Assembly: GCA_026770705.1 (NCBI GenBank)
Contig: JANJGN010000036.1
Location: 3,782,001 to 3,846,000, forward strand
Source: Isurus oxyrinchus
Lineage: Eukaryota
Direction: 5' to 3'
DNA: 64,000 nt
The position numbers and the translations under genes are program-made. The stretch's first letter is position 1. Each line of letters opens with the position of its first letter. Below the pieces are notes generated by a model. It made no database searches. It saw only the letters and a program-made list of their open reading frames with translations, and was not told the origin of the DNA. Below, piece after piece: positions 12,520 to 25,476 of the stretch.

Positions 12520-14760
12520 GCGACAACAACATGGTGCAATTTCTGTTTGTTGTGGACAAAGAAATAGGCAAGTTGCAAAATACTGTTTTGGATTGGGGGA
12601 GAGCGGATCTTTGTAAAATAAGGCAGAATCAGGCCAAGTTAGGAGCAGCTATATGGGGGAAATCTACAGCAGAGCAGTGTGGGACGTTCAAAGAGGAAAT
12701 GGTGAGTGTAAAGGCTCAGCATGTTCACTCTAGGGTGATTATTAGGAGTAACAAGCACAGAGAACCATAGATGACCAGAAATATTGAGGATTCGATGAAA
12801 CCGAAACGATGGGCTTTTAGCAGGTACAAGGGGAGCAAATAAGGGGAGGCATAATGGCATACAGAAAGTGCAGGGTAGAGTTTACGAAAACAATTAGGAG
12901 AACAAAGAGAGGATATGAGAAAGCTCTGTCTGGTAAAAGTAGGGAAAATCCCAAGATATTCTGTAAGTAAATCAATGGGAAGAGGATAACCAGGAAAAGA
13001 ATGAGGCCCATAAGAGACCAAGGGGATAATCTACAGGTGGAGCCAGAGGACACTGGCATAGTTTTGAATGAATACTTCACATCCATCTTCACCCAAGAGA
13101 ATGCAGATGAAGGTATTAAACCCGCGGAGACAGACTTCAAGGTTATTGAGCAAATTGATTGAGGCAGTGACAAGGTATTGGAGGTGTTGGCGGGGTTAAA
13201 AGTGTACAAATCTCCAGATCCGGATTACTTGTGCCCCAGGCTGTTGAGGCAGGCAAGGGAAGAGATCACAGGGTTTTTGACCCAATTTTTTTATTCCTCT
13301 CTGGCCACGGGGGAGGAGCCAGAGGACTGAAGAACAGCTAATGTGGTTCCGCTATTTCAGGAGGGTTGTAGAAATAAGCTACAGGCCAGTGAGACTCACG
13401 CTAGAGGGAGTTAAACTATTGGATAAAATTCTGAAGGAGAGGATCTATCTCCACTTGGAGAGGCAAGGGTTGATCAGAAATATTCAGCATGGCTTTGCCA
13501 GAGGGATGTCATGCTTAATAGATTTGATTGAATGTTTTGAGGAGGTGATCCGTTGTGTAGATGAGGGTAGTGCAGTTGACGTAGTTCACATGGATTTCAA
13601 CAAAGCCTTTGTCAAGTTCCCACATGGGAGACTTAACAATGCAGAAAATGCACGTGAGATACAGAGTAATTTGATAAGATGGATTCAAAATTGGCTTAGT
13701 TGTAGGAGACAGAGGGTGAGGACAGAAGGCTGCTTTAGTGATGGGAAGCCATTGTCCACTGGTGTAGAGATCTGAGCTGGGTCCCCTATTATTCATCATT
13801 TATATAAACGACATAGATGACAATGTGGGTGGTAGAATTAGCAAGTTTGGGGATGACATAAAGATTGGCCGAGTGGATAACAGTGAGGTTGAGTGTCTTG
13901 GGCTACGGGAAGATATAGACGGGAGAGTCAACTGGGCAGCTAAGTGGATGATGCAATTCAACCATGAAAAGTGTGAGATGATACACGTTGGAAGGAGAAA
14001 TTTCAAAGGCAGCATTCAACGAACAGCATGACACTAGGACATTCTGAGCCACAAAGGAACCTTAGCGTGTGGGTCCATAGATACCCGAAGACGGAGGGGC
14101 ATGTTAGTGGGGTGGCAAAAAAAAGCCATATGGGACACTTGCCTTTATCAATCGAGGCATAGATTACAAAAGCAGAGGGGTCATGTTGGAGTTATGCAGA
14201 ACCTTGGAGAGGCCACAGCTGGAGTATTGTGTGCAGTTCTGGTCGCCACATTATGGGGAGGATGTGATTGCAATGCAGGGGCGCAGAGGAGTCCACCAGC
14301 GTGTTGCCTGGGATGAAACATTTAAGTTGTGAAGAGAGGTTGGATAGATGGGGAAGGTTTCGTTGGAGCACAGAAGACTGAGGGGCGAAATGATCGAGGT
14401 ATGGAAGGCTATGAGGGGCAGGAGAGTGTGGTTGGGTTCCAGCTGCTCTCCTTACTTGATCAGTTAGTCACAAAGCGACGCAGGTTCAGGACCAGGAGGT
14501 TTAGGGGGGATGTGAGGAAGAACTCTTTTACCCAGGGGTGGTGACGGTCTGGAATGCACTGCCTGGGAGTGTGCTAAAGGCGGATTTCCTCACATCCTTT
14601 GAAAAGTACCTGGAGGAGCACTTGGCACGTCATGACATTCAAGGCTATCGGCCAAGAACTGGTAAGTGGGATTAGATATGTAGGGAAGGTGTTTCTCACG
14701 TGTTGGTGCAGACTCGATCGGCCAAATGGCTTCTTCTGCACTCTGTGATTCTGTGATTCT
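12520..14760 (+). mobile_element. 5'-truncated CR1 LINE (~2.2 kb, disrupted ORF2/RT)
   Basis: YRPVRLT...QHGFARGMSCL...VDVVHMDFNKAFVKFPHGRL and SKFGDDIKIG RT motifs. Ends in the CR1 (ATTCTGTG)n-type tail at 14741-14760. Confidence 0.92.
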
Positions 14761-14761
14761 G

Positions 14762-15002
14762 TTAACCCGAGTCATTCATATGGACATTGCGAGTGTCCAT
14801 AATCAGTTCATGTTTGCTGTCGCCTTTTTCTTAAAATAATCTTTCAAACGGCCACTGACAGGGAAAAATATCGATTAGTATCGGGTCTTCACCAATGCAT
14901 TGTTCGGACCAGAATTAAATAAATGCAGTGTTAGTTTAATTCCACCTTGTCTCTGACTTGGCCTGTCATTATGGAGGGGCTCTGAGACAGAGGGCTCAGA
15001 TT
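14762..15002 (-). pseudogene. Truncated type B V-exon fragment (B4), cut at the CR1 insertion
   Basis: ttgcag|AATCTGAGCCCTCTGTCTC (ESEPSVS) ... CGCAATGTCCATATGAATGACTCGGG (RNVHMNDSG), homologous to the B1/B2 V exons. It abuts the CR1 tail and has no leader upstream. Confidence 0.8.
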
Positions 15003-16194
15003 CTGCAACTAGAAAGATGATTGTTACATTACCACTGATTGTTGAGAGTAAGTGCATTTACAGCAGTTCAATGGAAAATTTAAAGCACAGTTATGACTTT
15101 GAAATAGCTGTTAAGCTTCTTTGACGTTACAGTTTACAGGGTCACATAGAATTTACAGCACAGAAACAGGCCATTCCACCCGAATGCTCGTACATGTTTA
15201 TGCTCCACAGGAGCCTCCTACCACCCCAACCCCATCTTCACCTTAGCCCAACAGTATATCCTTTCATTCCTTTCTCCCGAATATGTTCATCCATCTCCTC
15301 ACTTAAATACATCTCTGCAATAGCCTCATCCATTCCCTGTTGGAACGGGTTCCACACTCTCCCCAAAGTATTGGTAAAGATATTGCTCCTGAATTCCAGA
15401 CTGGATTTATCTAATATTAATGTCCCTTCGTTACAGAGGACCAGTGGAACGCAAGAGCGTCAGTAGGCCATCCAACACTTCTCCACCATTCAATAAGATC
15501 ATGGCCGATATGGTTTTGGTCTCAATTCCACTTTCCTCCTTGCTGCCCATAGGCCTTGAATCCCTCGACTAACAAAAATATGTCTAATGCGGCCTTGAAT
15601 AAATTCAAAGGCCCAGCCGCGACTACTTTCTGGGAATAGATTTCCACACACCAGCGACCCTTTGGGTTAAAAAAAAGTCTCGTCATCTCTGCCTCCATGC
15701 CCCGAGCTTGGCCAAATCAGGAATCATCCTCCGGGTATCCGACCTATCAAGGCCCCTCAGAAACGTATATTATTCATTAAGATCACCCTTTATGCTTCTA
15801 AACTCCAATACGAATTCCCGAATTTCCGAAATTCCTCGTTTGATTTATTGGTGACCAATATGTTTAAAATCCTGCAGATGTAGAACAATCTTCCTTACTT
15901 CTGCCTGAATAAATCAGTTCATAACTTTAAAGCCCTCGATCAGATGACCCCTCAATCTTTCCCCTTTTTAGAGTAAAGATCTCCAGCCGGTTCCTCCGTT
16001 CTTGATAGTTATAAGCTCACGGTTCTGATATCATTCTTGTGACAGATCAACTGCACATTTTCCAATGCCTCTGTATCCTTTGTAGAATATGCAAAACTAT
16101 GTTCTGCACTCCAAATGTGGTCTAACCCATGCGAGTAAATGCCTGGTGTATTTTGTAAAACAGATTATGAGTGCTTGATAGCACTTTGACCATC

Positions 16195-16270
16195 AATAAA
16201 CAGGAAAACCGCAGAGAACTGTCTACCTCGGCACCATTTTCCAAACCCTATCGTGTATCTATTAATAAAG
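16195..16270 (+). promoter_or_regulatory. Putative type A promoter: adjacent ETS (CAGGAA) and RUNX (AACCGCA) motifs plus TATA-like TATTAATAAA
   Basis: Lies 125-200 bp upstream of the leader ATG. Conserved at 58868-58943 as CAGGAA-AACCACA, which also fits RUNX TGYGGT. Confidence 0.5.
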
Positions 16271-16395
16271 ACAGAAGACGATTCAGTCTGCACCATTCAC
16301 AGCTCCTTCAGACGGAGAGAACGCGAGCGAGTCCTTAGTGAGATTCGGATCGGGGGCTGAAAGTCAGTCAGGCAGTCAGTCTGAAATCACGGGCA

Positions 16396-18332
16396 ATGAG
16401 CTTCCTCGGTGTGTTTGCATTGTCCCATCTCTTCCAAGGTAAGATGTCCTATCATTTTCAGATAGAGTGGGGAAGGTTTGGGACAGTCAAATAAGAAGAA
16501 AATGTTTCGACTGGGAGGAAGAACGGCAAGTAGAGAGACGCACGTTTAAGATAATCGGCCAAAAACCACAGGGGGAGACCTGAAGATTTTTTTTAACTAA
16601 GCGAGTTGTTGTGATCTGGAAGGCTGTGCCTGAAAAAGAGGTAGAAGCAGATTCAGTAGGAACTTTCAAAAGGGAAATTGCGCAAATACTTGAAAGATAA
16701 AAAATTGCAGGGATATGGGGGAAGGAGCGGGCAGGAGATTGAGGGCAAATTGGATAAATCCCCCCAAGTGCCAGCATTCTGAAGAGCCAAATGGCCTCCT
16801 CCTACGCTGTGCGATTCTGTCAGATGCAATTCAGTTATAAAGTGCAAAGTAAAACTAGAATGAATATAGTCAACAACGTGGAAAATGTGTATCCGTCAGG
16901 ATCAATGACTGGAATTAATCCGAAATGTAACCTACCCTGCGATAAAAGATGTGAGTTGGCTCCATCGACATTATTGGCGATTGAGAAGAGGACAGAGTTT
17001 CAAGTGGATCAGTAAAATGAGTTACAAATTCGGGAACAAAATAAACTGCCCAAATTCAGCGGGAAGAGGAAACGAAGGGCGGATGAGAGAAGAAGAAAAC
17101 TGTTGATTATTTTAGCTTCGAAGAAACTATGAAAAGTTATTAACTTCACACAGTTCCCATGTTTGTATCCCAGTGATTGAACCAGGTTTACCGGTGAATT
17201 GACAAGTACTGTGTCCTTGAAACGACAAGAAAAAAATGGCGCAAACAACTGATTCCAAGCGTTTTTTTTTTTGCTGTGGACTATTTTTTTAAAGGATTGC
17301 GCTTCCTGCCTATCGCGGTCTCTCCGCCGGAGGCTGGCTTCGGGGGAGAGGGTATTTGGGTGCGGGGCGACGGGCTGCACCACAACCTGGAGTAAATCTT
17401 GCTTATTTCTCTCTTCATCAGTTATTGTGTCTCAGACCGTCTTGTCTCAGTCTCCGCCGGTTCAAACACTCACTGCGGGGAGTCGCGCAAAACTGAGCTG
17501 CCACATTAGTAGGTCAGTGGCTGGCTACGCCTCCTGGTACAGACAGCGGGAACGAAACAAGATGATGCTGGTTTACACGGCGGGCACGTACATCCCAGCA
17601 GAGGGGAGGTTTTCCAGCGAGATTTCTGAACAAGCGGGTTATTATTCACTGCTCATTGCGGATACCCGGAGAAACGATTCTGGAATGTATTACTGTGCAA
17701 GCGAAAATTACCAGAACAGGGCTTTAATATTCGGAAATGGCTCCAAGTTAGTGATTACAGGTAAATGGCATTAATATTCCATTGCATTGGCCATTTCTAC
17801 AGCAATTAAATGTATCTAGTTTCAGCTGTTAATGGAGTTTCTGCTTTATTTGCCAAATTTAGAGGGCTCCCCCACCATATTCCTCCTCACCCCGCCGGAG
17901 GATGAGATTCCTTCGATGGAAAGGGTCCCGTTGTTGTGTTTGATCAAAGGCTTGTCCTCCGATTCCTTTCGCGTTCGCTGGAATGTTTCCGGGCAGGATA
18001 ATGAGGGACAGACTGATTCCGGGACAATTCAGTCGGACGGGACCTACACCATCAGGAGTTACACCAGCCTCTCGGCGGAAACTTGGAGCAGTGGTGCTCT
18101 CTGCAATTGCGCCGCTCAAATCAACTCCATTGAAAATATTCTCAGTGCAAGTATTTCATCTCAGAGAGGTAGGTATTAACAGTGTCCGTTTACCAATCTA
18201 TTAAATGCTGAAGGGAGGCTGTGTCAATTTTGTAAGGTAGAATCTTTCCGTGTGTGTCCATGTGTGAATGTCCATCTTAAAGAGTGCTTATAAGATCTCT
18301 GCTCTCTCTTGCTGGCCATCTAGCAATCTCTC

Positions 18333-18363
<31 letters not shown>

Positions 18364-19558
18364 ATTTCTCCTCCCTCTTTCTATCGCTTTCTACCCCTGC
18401 CCTGTTTCAACATTGTTCTGTAAGATCTCTGCTCTATTTCAGGATAACGAATTACCCAAATAAACTATTTCCGTTTTCGGGTGAAATCAAACAATTAAAT
18501 CGTCAAACTTTCTCTTGTTTAATTAATTCCACAAACTTTTATTAAATGAAAGGTGTGGGTTTTTTTTTTGCAGATTCTCTGCTATTTACCACCTGCAGTT
18601 TTCGGCTTTCCGTGATTTTGTCGGCGGCGGTGCTTCTCTTTCTGGGGATTATCCTTGTGGTCGGGAGAAGGAGATGCAGGAACCGGCAGATAGGTAGAGA
18701 TTGTTGGGAGACGCTCTAACGCCTGGGCGCTCTTAATCTATCCATTTATCAATGGGTTATTGACACTTTCAGTCTGTTCAGTGTGAAATGTGGCTATTTT
18801 TGTTCATTTCAAATTTTACTTTCTTACAGGCAACATGAACATTGATGAGGATCTGACATATTCCAGAGAACAACAAGAGAATAAAGAGGTAAAAGAATGG
18901 AATTGTTGTTGCAAATGCGCGTAGATACATTTCACTGAATTTTAATCCATAGTTTAAATTTCATAATAATTGTTATATGAGCCAGGAAAACTTTGCTATG
19001 TGAGTGCTACACGAGCGCAGAAACTAGGCTTTAATCCCCCGAGTGCAGAAGATTAAGGGGTGATCTAACCAGGGGATTTAAGATGGTTAAGTGATACGAT
19101 GGGGCCAATGGAAAGAAATTGTTTCCTCTGGTGGCGTTTTCAAAGGGCGAGTGCAGAACACGGGGCAGAACGTTAAAATTAGAGCAGCTCGTTCAGGGTT
19201 GATATCAGGGAGCACTTCGACACAAAAATAGCCACAGGCAATCTGTAACTCTCTTGCCCAAAACGCGGTTGATACCGCGGGATCAATTGGAAATGGCAAA
19301 TCTATGATTGATGGATTTTTCTTGGTTAAGGGGTTTGAGGATTATGGAAACAAGATGGGTAAATGGGAGTTATGATACCGATCCTCCAGATAACAGAATA
19401 CAGTATAATGATCTAGTTGAATAGACTGGGGGGGGGGCAGAATGGCCACCTCCTATCTCTATGACGATGCTGTGTGATGTGTTAAGAGATTCTATTTTTC
19501 TTTTCCCCCATAGACACTATATGCCCGCTTGGCTTTTAAGGAGGACCCCACACACTGA
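16396..19558 (+). CDS. Intact non-rearranging antigen-receptor-like IgSF receptor, type A (A1): signal peptide, VJ, C1, TM, cytoplasmic TxYxxL; 303 aa; PRARP/VJ-C1-like
   Basis: Exons 16396-16438, 17422-17760, 17863-18168, 18574-18693, 18830-18888 and 19514-19558, all with GT-AG introns (phases 1,1,1,1,0). The 912 nt are open. Sequence landmarks: leader MSFLGVFALSHLFQVIVS; V with C..WYRQ..DSGMYYC..FGNGSKLVIT; C1 with LLCLIKG..W..DGTYTIRS..CNC; TM LSVILSAAVLLFLGIILVVG followed by RRRCR; tail ...ETLYARLAFKEDPTH*. Confidence 0.88.
17422..17760 (+). CDS. A1 germline-joined VJ exon (V-set Ig domain)
   Basis: Canonical Cys/Trp/DxGxYYC residues and the FGxG J motif are in one exon. No RSS or intron between V and J. 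Phase-1 boundaries. Confidence 0.92.
17863..18168 (+). CDS. A1 C1-like constant Ig domain exon
   Basis: SPTIFLLTPP...LLCLIKG...VRW...DGTYTIRSYTSLSAETWSSGALCNC, resembling TCR/IgL C domains. 306 nt with AG/GT boundaries. Confidence 0.9.
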
Positions 19559-22189
19559 TTGCAGAGGAAAGAGGGAGAGATATCGCAATCTGCTCCCCGT
19601 ACTTGATGTGTTCTCGACAGTTTCCTCCGTTGGGCAGGACAGTCCAAAAGTCCAACCATCGCAAATTCCGGCGCATTCTCTGCAGAATTTTGTGATTTCG
19701 CCCATAGGGGACCCGGAAGTATCTCATAATGCCCACTACACTAAGGATGAAATATCACCTACAGTTAGACTTCAGTATCCCCAGGATTCTGTTATCTGGT
19801 ATTAGTGATTATTATTGCATTCTACACCTTTGTTCAGCAGGTCAGCAAGATATTACATAAATAGGCTTTAAAATGTATATGTGTTCGAGTTACCTACAGA
19901 TTAAAACAGGTTTGAAAACTGATTACAGCTCTGTGATTCGAGTTTTTTGATGATGCAGACCACATGCGCCCCAGTTATCTCTGAGGCTAATTTACAAAGT
20001 CATTGAAAGAGCCATTTGCAAACAGGATAGAAATAGGGTTATGTACCGACAGGTGCTGGAGGGTATTTAGGCTGCATTGATATGAAAGCTGCAGCGTCAC
20101 TGCACACCGAACCTTCACTGGCTGTGTCCTGGGAGGGAACAATGTTGCATTTACTCTTGAAAGAAGATTATTTACGATCCAACCGCCCTTTTGATATTGC
20201 ACTTGAGTGAATTTTAACGAGTAAAATCACTGGTTCGAAGACACGTAAAGCACCGGAGGTGGCCATTCGGCCAATCACGCTTGTGCCAGATCTTGGAATG
20301 TGCCCTTTAGTCCCACGCCCCACTGTCTCCTCATGGCCCGAAGAATTAGCCCTCTAGTAGCACACCTCCCAGTAAGTGTTAGTCTCCATCCTGAGTACAG
20401 CACATCCTATCGGCTGTGACTGGAAGCGTCTTGCTGGTGATGTTAATAATTAGCAAACATGAAAATAATTCGCTCCTCCCATTAGTATAACAATCTGATG
20501 CGTGAGTAAATTTGGGGTGATTACTCACTGAGATGTTGTAATCTAATTTCATGACATCTTTAATTTCACCAAATTAAAAAGCTGGCCTGGAAACCGTTGG
20601 TCCGCTGATTACTGGATATTTTTGCTGGTGACTAATCTCTGATCTTCATAACGTCTTGTGATTCCGGTTCATAACGAATAGAAACTTTCCCAAATTAACA
20701 CTGGCTTATTCAGCTGTAAAGATTCATTCTGCGCTGATATATCCAGAGTATTTTGAGGCATTAATTACAAAATGCAGATGGAAAAGGTCAACGTGCAAAA
20801 CACTGTTCATCCACCCGGCAAGGTTCTGACATCCTCATCCTGCAGGAAATCAACTGTTCCCTTTAATAAATCAGGGGGATTTGCAAGCGCTTCCCTATAC
20901 TCCATACCCAGAGAGTAATTCCTGGTGCGGATCACACTGCGTCACCGAACTCCTGGCATCATTCCTCGTAATATCATAACCTGTTAATCCTAGAGGCACT
21001 TTGGAAACATTCAGTTCCTCTGGTTGGATTTAGCATTCGATGTGATCATGGCTGAAGTTACGAAATTGAGATAGCTTAAGTACATTAGATGTGTATTTGG
21101 GTTTTTTTATGTTCGGAAGGCATCTTTAAGTTTACGTTTACTTTATGTGTAGTTTTTTTCTATTTGTCGATTAAAAGGTGGAACCTTGGATCTACTTTCC
21201 TTTTTGAGTGGAGGCAACGGTTTAAAGCTCTGTTTGTATATCTGCGTTTCTCATAAGTTTTATGATCCTTGAAGAAAAGGTAAAGCAACCCTAGCAATAG
21301 GGACCCAGAGAGGGTTGCGGCCGCACACACACGCACAGACAGACACAGATGTACACAGAGAGGGGCAGAGGGAAAACAGCAGTTTGAGTTCACTTGAAAG
21401 CAGCTTCCAGGGAGAGGCTGGAGGGCAGGGCGACTGACAGCAAGTCCCAAATTGAAGTTAAAGCCAAGACTTCAGTCTAAATGGAGAAGGGGCAGCAGAG
21501 AGCGGTTTTCCTAAAAGAAAGGAAAGGTCACAAACCTAAAGGTTGAGACAGAAACGGGGTGAAGGCAGAAGGTAACATTCACGAAAGGAGAACAACCTGG
21601 TGTGGAATTGATTGAATATGTGGATAAGCTCATTTTGTCATGAAAAGGTACCTGGGGAGTCTCTGGAAGGAAGCGCTGCTCACGCTGCATCTAAAGCTCA
21701 GCTCCTCACGTGTAAAAAAGGGCAGTTGCCAGTGAGGGAGAAGCGCTATCAGACACTCTGCTGCCACCGGAGAAGGTGGTTGATTAACTCAATGACCCAA
21801 TTCACATCCAAGCTGTAGTATTCTTAAGATGAACCAGCTCGGAGACTAGTTGACAGGAAATAGTTAATGAGTCCTTCAGATGCAAAATTGAACTAGTTAG
21901 AAATTTATAATGACGGGTTTAATAATTTAATGTCGGATTTGTGGACTAAAGCCGATTCTCACAATCTGGCACGTTCACTGATATTATGTATTCTTCAAAA
22001 TAAACCAGATAGCGGATCTTATAATTGTGTTGACCAAAATATGACTGTAAATATTAGTCTTAGATTATTCTGCAAGTGAATCTGATTTATTGATATGCGG
22101 CACAGGTTGGATATCTGTATGTTTCAGGATATCACAAAAAGTGGGTTAATGGACACCAGGTTGAATGGATTGGGTGGGGTCACAAAATT

Positions 22190-22640
22190 GTTGGCCCCGG
22201 TTTCGAGGTTATAACTATCAGGAAGGATTGAAGAGGCTGAGGCTCTTACATGTGGAAACGGCGAGTCTGAGGGGGTGCCTGATAGAGGTAATTAAATTTA
22301 TGCACATATTCGATATGTTAGACGTAAAGAAGATATTCCTACTTGTTGGGAGCGAGACCAGAACGAGGGACCATCAATATAAAGTAGTCACCAATAAATC
22401 CAGTCAGGAACGCAGCAGGAGAATCTTCTTTATTCATACAGTGGGGAGAATGTGGAACTCTCTCGCACAGGGTGTGGTCGAGGTGAATCGCAGAGAAGGT
22501 TATCAGATAGGAATCAGGTAAAGGCACGAGTGAGAAAGGAATAGAAGGGTATGATGATGGGGTGAGATGAAGAGCGAGTTGGAGGGGGTTGTGCGCAGCA
22601 GATACACCAGCACGGAGCAGATGGCCGATGCCCCGCTGAT
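22190..22640 (+). mobile_element. CR1 LINE 3' fragment
   Basis: YNYQEGLKRLRL...LRGCLIEVIK...TRDHQYK...FFIHTVGRMWNSL. Confidence 0.8.
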
Positions 22641-23179
22641 CCACAGGAGTAATACTGACACAAAAAGACAGGCGGGAAGACAGATTCTGGGTGAAACAGT
22701 AACTGAAATATTAGCGTCATACTCTAGCTTTTTTTCAATCTGTTGTGCTTTTGTTGAAACCAGAATTAATTAATGTGTCTCGGGTGAAAAGTAAAAACAG
22801 AACACTCGGAATTGGAGACATTTCCGCTGTGCCCACGCGAATGTCGCAAACAGTAATGTTGTTGCAAGCAGCACCTTTTCATGTTGTCCCCACTTTGAAC
22901 CAGCCCGGACTGCCCACCGCTGTGACGCGTGTTTATCACGATCTGTAGCGTGTTGCCCTTTGCAGGCAGAGCCGTGTGTGGTCACCTAATCTGTAAACAG
23001 GAAACACTCAGCTACAATTTACATCGCGCTGATTTTTCCAGTGCGCTATTTTTTACGTTGTACGTAATTAACGCAAAATGTGTATTATCACCACGTCTTC
23101 CGAGCCCGGGGCCGAGAACTGAGACACCGGAGTGAAGAGACAGTGCAAACCGCACAGAAACCTGCCGGAATCGGAGACC

Positions 23180-25476
23180 GTGAGCTTCTTTATGACCTGT
23201 GCGTTGCTGCATCTGTTTCCCGGTTTGTGCCTTCTTCATTCTCCATTCAGGATGGCTTAAGACCACTGAGATAATCAGCCAAGTAGAAATTTATGCTCAC
23301 ATCAACACTGTATAACATCCGCTTTACATTGAAGGACTCAATTATGTCCACCTGATCAAAGTCGATCACCTAGCAACATTGTCCAACCTATCGGCTGAGA
23401 AGTTAAACCGAGGCTTTCTGTCTGCCTCCTTCGGATGCCGAGGATCTGAAAGGTGGGGGAGCGGGTCGGCGGAGGTACCCCCTGAGTCACTGGGGCCAAT
23501 ATTTAGCCCCAAACAACAGCACAACCTCTGTCATTATCACGTTGTTATTTGCTGGTCTTGCTGCGCGCAGTTACAGCTGCCGCTTTTGCTACATGACAAC
23601 AGAAACTAACTTCAAAAAAGTTTCATTGCCCCTGAAGCGCCTCTTTCCCTCTTGCTCCTGTTGTTATTTCAAATTTAACCCACAACGTTTGACCGCATGA
23701 GCATTTATTAAGGAGTTGGTGGTCTATTATATATTTTATTTTTGTAGCCGATTCTTCATGGGAAACATTTTCTCTCTCCCTGCCATAGCAGAACTTTTAG
23801 TGTTGATTTTAGGCCTCTCAGTAATGGCATCTACGGCAGCTTTGCCCCAGATTCCGGCGGTTCAGAGTCTGTTGCTTGGAAGTATGTAAAATGTGCACGG
23901 TGACACGGCTTGATTGGCAGAGAGTCGGGGTGGGACGGGATGCGGTCCATTTGCGTAAACGGGGCATCTGCAACTGGTTTACACCGTGAAAAGGTACGCC
24001 CCTTCAACCGGGAGATTTTCGAGAGAAGTTAACGGCAAATTGACTCTCTATTCCCTGATAATTGCGGGTGTCCGGGCCAGTGATTCAAAGATGTATCACT
24101 GAGAAACTAAAGATCTCAGTTTGGAAATGGTTGCAAATTCTCGACACAGGTAAACATTACTAGAATTTTACGCATTACGTCATTAATAGGAAGTTACGGC
24201 CAATAGCCATCGAATCTTAACGCCCCATCCCACCAAGTTCTCCAATAATCGACCACCTAAACTCGCCACCGGATGAAATTCTTTCCACGGGAAGGGGCCC
24301 TTTAGTGTGTTTGGTGAAGGGTGTGGATCACTTCGTAGCCCGCTGGAATAATACCGGGCGGGATCCCCAGGAACAGAGCAATTCCAGGACAATCGAGCCA
24401 TTAGGATTTCCATAATTCTTTGGGCGGATACTTGAAGCAGTGGGAGCTCGGTGTGCTTGCGCCGTTCAAATAAACCCCAGTTAAAATCTTCTACGTGTAA
24501 GTGTCTCATATCAGAGAGGTAGGTATTAAGAGTTATCTTGTGCATTTAATGTGCGGAATATTTGTTAGCAGTATCACTTCGTACATTAAAGATCCCCCTT
24601 TTTATATGTCCATGTATATTTCCCTGACCCCTTACACCGCTCGTTGGAAAAGAAGCGTTTTGAGAGAGATAACCTATTATGGCATTTCATAACCTATTTA
24701 TGAAATAAAATCCCAAATTTTTGTCCACCAATTTCTCTCTCGATTCCCACATGTGATTATTTGTATTCCTATAGAGCTTACAGCAGAGACTCAGTGCATT
24801 CAGCCGTTCGGCTCCTGGCTGTTGTTTGTGCTCCTCACAATACTCCTCCCGCCCCTCTTCATCTCATCCCATCAACATATCATTCTGTTCCCTTATTCGT
24901 GACGTGTTTACCCAGCGTCTTTTAAATGCATCTTAGCTATTGACTTTCAGCTGTTTCAATGTGGCTATTTCGACTCACTTTAAATTTCACTGTCTAACAG
25001 ACAACATGAACAGATGCGGAACTGCAAGATTCCAGAGCAACTACACAAGAAAAGACAGTAACTATGAATGGAATTGTTTCCTAGCATGTGGAGATCCATT
25101 TAACTGAATTCTAGTCAACGGTATAACAGTCATATCTACTGCCATATGAGTGTAGGAGATTCTGCAGAGTGCATACTGCAAGATAACACTGTTTAGATCT
25201 CCCATAACACTGCAATAATACATTAAAAATATTGATAGTGGATCAACTGAATATGGCAAAATTCTGATTGATATGTTTTTGTTGGGTAAATTGTTATGGA
25301 ATGAAGGCGAGGAGATGGGGTTGAAGTTCAGATCAGAAATTATCTCATTGAAAGACAGAACAGGGTCGAAGGGCTGAATGCCCTCCTGATAATGGTGCGA
25401 CTCACGATAATTGTTTGCGTTTTCTCTTACGGCTCTCTTTGCTCGGCTGGCGTTCAATGCGCATCCCACAATCTGA
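23180..25476 (+). pseudogene. Diverged type A pseudogene (A3)
   Basis: Leader 23180-23222 with a GTG start (VSFFMTCALLHLFP). V exon 23822-24149 (LPQIPAVQSL...QLVYTVKRYAPSTGRFSRE...YSLIIAGVRASDSKMYH*...FGNG) with stops. C exon ~24235-24518 (DEILSTGRGPLVCLVKG). TM exon not found. Cytoplasmic exon from 25001. Last exon 25432-25476 ALFARLAFNAHPTI* with a mutated acceptor. Confidence 0.8.

Larger units (their letters stand above)
15055..19580 (+). repeat. Segmental duplication containing type A gene and promoter; paralogue at ~57800-64000
   Basis: Collinear matches from tttacagcagttcaat...gaaatagctgttaagct (15057/57803) through the promoter, all six exons and the 3' end (cccacac...tgattg). Confidence 0.9.

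Noticed and set aside
17236-17421. ATG at 17236 and the ORF-track N-terminus (MLWTIFLKD...) as the A1 leader
   Set aside because: The ATG is out of frame with V, there is no splice donor, and the sequence is not conserved in A2. The real leader is 16396-16438.
17422-18168. Rearranging TCR or Ig light-chain locus
   Set aside because: V and J are fused in one exon, no RSS or separate J segments are present, and the TM lacks the TCR charged motif and is followed by an ITIM-like tail.
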